The position numbers and the translations under genes are program-made. Shown here piece after piece: positions 56,831 to 64,000 of a DNA stretch of 64,000 nt; positions within the stretch are counted from its first letter, which is position 1; each line of letters opens with the position of its first letter. The notes under the pieces are model-generated. The model worked only from the letters and a program-made list of their open reading frames with translations, did not search any database and was not told where the DNA came from. Origin of the DNA: Anaeromyxobacter sp. (GTDB lineage Bacteria; Myxococcota; Myxococcia; Myxococcales; Anaeromyxobacteraceae); contig JASGJN010000013.1 in assembly GCA_049840735.1 (NCBI GenBank), forward strand, positions 480,001-544,000. The letters run 5' to 3'.

Positions 56831-56953
56831 CGCCACCGCCTCCAGCGCGGGCGACGGCCCACGCGGCGCGCAGAAGATCACGGCCGCATGGGGCCTGTCG
56901 ATCCTCGGCGCGTAAGCGATGGGAATCATGGGCGTTCCAAGCCGATCGGTGCT

Positions 56954-57062
56954 CGAGGTGGCCGAGCAAGAGCGGTACGAGTTCCGCAAGCTCTACGTCC
57001 TGGTCACCTACGAGCTGGGAGCGGCTCAAGCGCCCGCTCTTCGGCAAGAAGGCCGAGACCGT
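56954..57062 (+). pseudogene. Short relic of an IS66 tnpC 5' region
   Basis: Close nucleotide similarity to 54182-54291 (GAGGTGGCCGAGCA..GTCACCTACGAGCTGG..AAGAAGGCCGAGACCGT). Confidence 0.75.
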
Positions 57063-57088
57063 GGCGGGACCTCTGGGGCCGAGTGCTG

Positions 57089-57571
57089 TCAGAACACAAT
57101 CAGGCGACCTGAGTCCAAGGCCCCCTCCCATCCACAGGGCCAATGGCCTGCATGGTACCAGTATCCCAGTCTTGCGTAGAACGCCGGCTGGACAAACTCG
57201 GAGAATTCCGCCTCCAACGCGAGGTGCAGGATGTCCCAGTGAACATTGTCGAGGAAGAGTTTGCTGTCCTTGACGGCCCTCGGACCCGCAACGCGCGTTT
57301 TCTCCCGAACCAGTTCCTGCACGGCCGGCCTGATATCCTTCACAATGTCATTCCAGCCTACGTATAGCTCCGGAGACACAAGCATGAGTTGCTCTTCCAA
57401 CGTCCCGCGGGCCGCCTGCTGGGCTTCCTCCCATAGAGGATCGACGCACGAAGCCATGGCGGCGTCCCAGTCATGAACGGAAACGATGTTGGGGCTCTGG
57501 GCTGATCCGACGGATCGAAACCACTCGATCCCGCGGAGACGCGCAAGGGTGGCACTCGTCGCTGGGTGCAT
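57089..57571 (-). CDS. Putative immunity protein for the upstream polymorphic toxin
   Basis: 160 aa directly downstream of the toxin, low GC, WFRSVG and WYHAGHWPCGWEG..GRLIVF motifs. Confidence 0.65.
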   Translation of the reverse strand: MHPATSATLARLRGIEWFRSVGSAQSPNIVSVHDWDAAMASCVDPLWEEAQQAARGTLEEQLMLVSPELYVGWNDIVKDIRPAVQELVREKTRVAGPRAVKDSKLFLDNVHWDILHLALEAEFSEFVQPAFYARLGYWYHAGHWPCGWEGALDSGRLIVF

Positions 57572-57648
57572 GATCGATATCCTAGCAGGAAGAAGCCTTC
57601 GCGAGCAGGTAGCGGGCGGCTCCTCGCGCGCTCGCAATAGGGCAACGC

Positions 57649-60600
57649 CTACCGCCGAGTTCTTGGTGGGCGTCGGGAAGGCGGGACAGGACGGACCGGT
57701 GCCGGGGCCGGCCTCCCCGGCGGGGTTCTCTGATATGGCAACCGCGGAACGAGATCCGAGGGCACTCGTCCCCGACTCTCCAATTCTTTCATAGCCCTTT
57801 CCGCCAAGGACCGAGCACGCGCGGCTGACTGACCAGACGCCCTAAGGGCCTCGTAGAGCCCACGATTGTATTCTGCATCCGTAGGACGCTCGCCCACACG
57901 AGAGCCCCCCTTCTTAAATTGGGCAAAGAATGCGTTCAGCACACGGTGAAAGATGGAGTGCTCGCTACCGGGCCGATTGGGGTTGCCTCTCACCGGGTAG
58001 GCAAGGCCCTCTTCCCTCGGGATGACCTCGCCGTATGCCGCAGTCTGATTGAGGTGGTTCGCGTTCGATCCCTCTTCTAGCCTGCCGCGAAACTGCCGAT
58101 ATGGACGAACGATCGGCTTTCGATTTCCATTGCGCTGCACCGGCTCACGCCCTGCCGGGAGCGCTTCGCCAGGGGATCTTCCTAGGGCCTCATCGATCTG
58201 GCGCCATCCAGCGAGGTAATCCGCTTCGGCATGGGCGGGCGCGCTGCAACTCGCGAGTTCCGGAACCTCACGGAAGCGACGCAGGTCATCCTGAGCAAGC
58301 CCGAAGCGCCAATCCCTGAGGATCCTCCACGGCCCACCAAGCTGCGACTCTGCATAGAACCCTCCCCATGTCGGCAGCGTAACGCCCCCCACCGTGATCG
58401 ACTGAAGCGATTCATGCGGCGGCTCCACGAGTTCGGGATTGTAGCCCGGCCTCATATACGGCGGGACCCAGTGAATAGGCTCTCCCGGCATGGAGCCCTC
58501 ACGCACCTCCTGATAGTCCGCAAGCATTCTGCGAGCCACGAGCAGATCCAAGGTCGACCGCTCACGCCACGGCAGGGCCTGTTCCGCGTCGATCAACCCC
58601 TTGAGCCCCATCTCGAAGGCGGTCTTCAGAGCCTCCTGTACGGCGACTTCGTCCGAGTTTTGCGGAAGGCCAAGCAGGCACCGCAATTCCGCCAACGGCA
58701 CGGGAGCGGTCGATGAGGATGCGGGCTGCCCGGCGAGCGACAGCCCGTGGCCGCTGGTGGCCATCATACGCAACCCGCCGTTGGAGCCGAAGTAGACACC
58801 ATGCCTGGCGTCGTGGGCCCCCTCCAACCGAGCGGTTGGGCCGCCTACCTCGACCGCATACGCGGCCTGGTTGGCCGCAGGGGCCTCAACTGCACCACTG
58901 CCATTGCCGACGTCCCCCGGTCCCGATGGAACTCCCGAAGCGGCGTCTCCTCGAGCACTGGGAGGCGCAGCATACTTGTAGGTCGGATCGTACTGCCCCT
59001 CGTACGGGTTCTCCTTCTTCGGAGGCGCAGCATAGAACCGGCTTGGATCGTTCTGGTCCGCGTATATGGAGTTGATGGCCTTTCGCTCAGCAGCCGCAGC
59101 CCGAGCGGATCTCTCGCTCATCTCCCTAATCGTCTGCTGCTGGCGGCGATCCGACCAAGCCTGCACCCAGTTGATCGTATCCACCACCGCCGTCCCAAGT
59201 GCATTCCCGAAGGCGTCGGCCGCCACCTGCTTCACATTCACCTTGCCGTGAAGCGCAGCAGAAACGGCGGCGCCTGAGGCGATGCCGTTCGCCGTCTCGA
59301 CCCCGAGCCGCCTACCCACGTCAAGCAAGGCTCCGCCGTGGGTCAGGAATGCACCACCGTAGGCCGGCGCGGTCGCGTCCATCGCCCAATCGCCGAGGGT
59401 TGCATTCAGCGTTGCACCGATGGCCGCTCCTGCGACCGCGCTCCAGCTGAAGGACTTCTGGAGGCCGAGTGCGCACTGGACCCCCTGCGTCGTGGCGTTC
59501 GTGAGGACCGCGCGGGTGGCTCCCTGAGCGGCCTTGCCCACGGTCTGCCAGACGCTGCCTCCCATCTTGTCGCCAAGCTGTGCGCCCCAGTTGACAGCCT
59601 TGAAGGCCTCCTGGAAGGCACCGCCAACCGCGCCGCCGATCGCGCCCATGGCGACCGACTTCCAGCTGAAGCTCTCCTGGATACCGGCCGCCATGCCAAC
59701 GATCTGTCCGGCCGCCGATCCGGCCGCGGCGCCGATCGCTCCCCCGACGGCGCCGGCCGCAAAGCTGCTCATGAACGGGCCGAGAGCTGTTGCGGCCGCC
59801 CCACCCGTGTAAGCGCTGACCACGGCGGTCACCACGATCACCAGGATCGTCCCGATGATCCCGCACCCCTTGTGGGCGGGCATCGGGATGTTCGGCGTCG
59901 TGGTCCCGACGATCCTGGATTGGTCGTACGGCTGGTACGTCTCCGAGGTGTTCTTCGAGCCGACCGCGCCGCTCGGAATGCTCAGCGTCTGCCCGACGCG
60001 CAGGTCCGAGTCGCTGCGCACGCCGTTCGCGTCGGCGATCAGGTACCAGAGGCTTGCGTCGCCGTACGACGCCTGCGCGATGGAGCGGAGCGTGTCACCG
60101 GCCTGGACCGCGTAGCTGCCGATGGCCGCCGCCGGATACGTCCCGGTGATCGGCTGGTAGGTGAGCCCGAAGCTGTTCTGCAGCGTGTAGTTGGGGTTTC
60201 CGCTGCCGTTGGTGGGCTTCTCGGGGTCGGTGCCCTCGCCGAAGATGCCGAGCACGTTCCCGTTCACCACCAGCTCGCGGAGCCGTCTTCCCTCCTGGTA
60301 CTTGTAGAGGACGTGGCCGTCGGCATCGTTCACCAGGGTCCGGGTGTTGGCCGGCTTGGTGAGGTCTTCCACCTTGGTCAGGTTGCCGCTGGCGTCGTAC
60401 GTGCTGACGGTCTGACCAGGGTGGGACAGATCCTCGCCGGTGACGCCGATGACGGAGGCTTCCCGGTAGGCGCCGCCGTAGATGCCGATGTTGACCGCGA
60501 AGAACTGGTCCACGGAGCCGTGCGTCCAGTAACCGCGCACGTTGCCGGCCTCGTCGTATCCGGCCTGGAATTCGAAGTCGGGCGCCTCTCCCACCACCGC

Positions 60601-63600
60601 GCCCCCGTAGCCGAGGACGTCGTGGGTTCCCGTCTGCACACGGAGCTGGTAGGTGGTCTCGCTCTCGATGCTACGATTTGGCTTCAGCACCCTGGTCGCC
60701 TCGACCCGGCCCGCCTCATCGTATTTCGTGATCCGCGTGCGCGCCCCGTTCCCGTCCGAGTCGCCTGCGGTGAGCGCCTGCCGGTAACTGTACGGCAGCT
60801 CGTCACCCAGGCCGACCTTCACCACGCGGGAGGCGCCATCGTACATCCGCTCGTCGAGCAGCAGCGCATACTGCTCGTCGATGGGGTTCCAGTTCTCGTC
60901 GAAGACACCGGTCTGGACGGTCTGCAGGCGGTTCAGCGAGTCGTAGGTGTAGTACTCCCAGTTCTGCCCGTCGCGCGTCTCGTACTGGATCCACGTCGCG
61001 CTGGAGCCGTAGGCGGGCCCGGCCTCGCGGGCCACGACCTGCTTGCCCCACGAGATGTCCATCCTGCGGTTGCCGTTCCCGTCGTACGCCAGGATGTGGC
61101 CGCCGTCCTTGGTCACGTTCGCCAGGTCGCGCGCGTCGTTGTTGACCGCCCCGTCCACCAGGATCTGGCGATTCATCGCGTCGTAGGCGAAGTAGAGCGT
61201 CTTCTGCGTCGTGAGGGCGGACTGCCCCACCCGGAGGACCGTGGACGCCGAGTCCTGGCGCACGCGGTTGCCGACGAGGTCGTAGGTGAACCCGAGCGTG
61301 GCGCGCTCCGAGCCCAGGTCGTTCTCCACCTGCTCGAGCCGGCCCAGGTTGTCGTAGGCGTTCCGGTTGTCCTGGTACAGCACACCTCCCTTGGTCGTCC
61401 GCTCAAGCACGCGCAGGCCGCGCGCGTTGTAGCCGTAGGTCGTGACCTGGTCGAGTGAGGGATCCGTGATGCCGATGAGCTGCCCCACGCTGTCGTACGT
61501 GTAGCGCACCTCGTTGCCGGCCCGCGTCTTGGAGACCAGCTGCTTGGCGCTGTCGTACGCGTAGTCGGCCCGGACACCGCCGATGTCCACGTTCCACAGC
61601 AACCGGCCGAACGCGTCGAAGCCCCAGGCGGCCAGGTTGCTCTTGGCGTCGAGCTCGCCCACCTGCCGGCCGGCGCCGTCGAAGGCGGCTCGCCGCACCT
61701 GCCCCGGCGCGCGGGTCTCGACGATGTTGCCGCGCAGGTCGTAGACGTAGTGGGTCGTTTCGCTCGCGCCGTTGGTCTGCTGCACCTTGCGGCCGGCTTC
61801 GTCGTAGACCATCTGCGTGGACAGAGGCTTCGTCACCCCGGTCACGCTGAAGTCCGCTGCGACGGAGTAGACCTGCGTGGCCTCGGTCGTGATGGCCGTG
61901 TTGCGGCCCAGCCGGTCGAACCCGTAAGTCGTGACGTGGCCCTCGGCGTCCTTGACCTGACGCTGGTTGCCGAGCGCGTCGTACGACCGTCGCACCGTGC
62001 CGGGCCCGTCGATCTGCGAGAGGCGAAGCCCGTAGTCAGGCGCCGCGCCCTGCGCCAGGGTGCCGAGATCCGGGGTGCGGCCGCCGTAGTCCGCGTGGAT
62101 CTCCCTGATCAGCTGGCCGCCCGCGTCCCACACCTGGAAGTTGGTGTGACCGTTCGCGTCCCGGGTCGCCACCTGCTGCCCGAGCGCGTCGAAGTAGACC
62201 GAGCTCACTGGGCCGGCACCCGTGCCGTGCGCGTCCGGCTGGCGCTGCTCCACGACCTGGTTGTTGGCGTTGTACTTGAACTCCGTGTACAGGGCCGCCG
62301 CGCCGGTCTTCGGGTCAAACGGCGCGCTCTGCCGGATCACGTTGCCCCAGCGGTCATAGCGCTGCTCGACAACCGGCTGGAGCGTCGTGGCGTTCGCGTC
62401 CGTGCGGCTCGGCAGGACCTGGGTGGTCACTCGGCCGAGGAGATCCCGCTTGTACTCCGTCTTCCTGAGGCCGGTGTTGTCCCCCGTCTGGAAGGTGAGC
62501 ACGAGGTCGTTGCCCCGGCGCTCGACGGACTGCACCTGACGAGAGGCGACGGCGTCGAAGCGGATGACGTCCTCGTTCCCAGCGGCGGCGTCGTTCTCGA
62601 CGATTCGATCCACGCCCGTGGCGCTGCCGAACACGTACACGTCGTTCCCGGCCCCGCCGGTGAACGTGTCGTTGCCCCCGGCGCCCTCGAGGACGTCTAC
62701 GCCGGCCTCGCCGTTCAGTGTGTCGTTTCCACCGCCGCCGATGACCACGTCATCGCCAGCGCCGGCATTGAACACCTCGTCTGCCGCGGTACCAGTGAGC
62801 TGGTCGGCCCCGGCGGTTCCTGCGATGACGGGCGCCGTGGGCGTGGCCGTGACCACCGACCGAGCGGGAGATCACAGCGCGGTCCCAGGTCACCCCGTCG
62901 CTGAACTGGATGCTCTCCACGCCCCAGGTCGCCGAGTAGAAGTGGTTCTTGACCGTCACCCGGTCCTGCGCCGAGCCGTACCGGATCACCAAATCGTTCC
63001 CGACCCGCTGCACGGCGCTCACATCGGTCGAGGCCACATCCTCGAACCGCAGCGTGTCCAAGTTCCCGGTCGTGCTATCGCTATCCGTGATCGTGTCCGC
63101 ACCGCCGCCTCGGCGGACCACGTACACGTCGTTCCCCGTCCCGCCGTCCAGCGTGTCGTCCCCTGACCCGCCGTCCAGGACGTCTGCTCCCGCCCCACCC
63201 GTCAGGTCATCCGTGTCTGCACCGCCGAGGAGCTGGTCCGCTCCGGCGCCGCCGTTCAGCGTGTCGTTGCCCTCGCCACCGACGAGGAGATCGTCCCCGG
63301 TGTTTCCGGTCAGCGAGTCATTGGCGTCGCCGCCGTCCAGCATATCGGCCAGATTGCCACCGCTCAGCGTGTCTGAACCGCCGTTCCCATACATCCGGTT
63401 CGAGCCATCCGCGTAGCCGCTGATGTTCTCGCTCGCGCCATCGCCGATTGTAACGACCTTCGCCTTGATGACCCCGTCGCTCCATGTCACGCCATCGCTG
63501 AACTGGATGGTTTCCACTCTCCAGCTGGCCGAGTAGAAGTGGTTCTTCACCGTCACCCGGTCCTGCGCCGCGCCGAACCGAAGCACCAGATCGTTGCCGA

Positions 63601-64000
63601 CCCGCTGTACGGCGCTCACCTCGGTCGAAGCCACGTCCTCGAACCGCAGCGTGTCCAGGTTCCCGCTCGTGGTGTCGCTATCCGTGATCGTATCCGCACC
63701 GCCTCCCCTGCGGACAACGAACACATCATTCCCCGTCCCGCCGTCCAGCGTGTCGTCCCCTGACCCGCCGTCCAGGACGTCCGCTCCCGCTGCCCCCGTC
63801 AGGTCATCATTGTCCGCACCGCCGAGGAGCTGGTCCGCTCCGGCTCCGCCGTTCAGCGTGTCATTCCCTTCGCCGCCGATCAGGAGATCGTCCCCGGCGT
63901 TTCCGGTCAGCAAGTCATTGGCGTCGCCGCCGTCCAGCATGTCGGCCAGATCGCCACCGCTCAGCGTGTCCGAACCGCCGTTCCCCCACATCCGGTTCGA
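57649..64000 (-). CDS. Giant RTX-repeat/YD(RHS)-repeat/LysM polymorphic toxin (5' end outside window; +1 frameshift near 62867)
   Basis: ORF 62750..63991 (GGxGxDxL repeats) joins ORF 57649..62856 (RTX tail, YD repeats, LysM YAVQAGDTLRSIA..GQTLSIP, TM/Gly-rich region, His-containing C-terminal domain). Confidence 0.85.
62880..64000. repeat. Tandem 597-bp (199-aa) repeat of RTX/haemolysin-type Ca-binding modules
   Basis: GCCGAGTAGAAGTGGTTCTT.ACCGTCACCCGGTCCTGCG at 62931 and 63528. Confidence 0.9.

Noticed and set aside
56912..56918. GTAAGCG as another IS66 terminus
   Set aside because: Only 7 nt, no partner IR, and it lies in the leader of the IS1182-like remnant.
62880..64000. CRISPR-like or non-coding repeat array
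   Set aside because: Repeats are in-frame coding RTX modules with a 597-bp period and no repeat-spacer pattern.

Overview
A very GC-rich bacterial window whose gene content suggests a myxobacterium such as Anaeromyxobacter (inference only). 1-14.7 kb: an ABC/HlyD/TolC efflux system under divergent sigma-54 promoters with its two-component pair, pruA, a Spy/CpxP-OmpR-histidine kinase unit and an ABC-F ATPase. 14.6-30.3 kb: the most notable region, a predicted sulfur-starvation island. It holds a nitroreductase and metK divergent from an operon encoding a porin, an SsuABC-type ABC importer, NifH-, NifD- and NifK-like proteins, an atypical CX8CX2C radical SAM enzyme and an SDR, followed by a sensor-less sigma-54 activator and an MFS transporter. 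The NifD-like subunit has one Cys and lacks the FeMo-cofactor ligands, several island proteins are almost free of Met/Cys, and a palindrome TCCGTTATAACGGA recurs in both divergent promoter regions. 30.4-49.1 kb: tpx, an SF1 helicase, moaA, an OFA-type MFS, a DUF2490/VTC/DUF4956 operon, patatin, transglutaminase-like protein, gltBD and two hypothetical genes. 49.3-57.1 kb: a toxin-antitoxin pair, a truncated RAYT/Y1 transposase, nested IS66 and IS1182-like remnants and a barstar-like gene. 57.1-64 kb: the 3' part of a giant RTX-repeat/YD-repeat/LysM polymorphic toxin with a putative immunity gene. Several single-base frameshifts may be sequencing errors. No rRNA, tRNA or CRISPR array was recognised.
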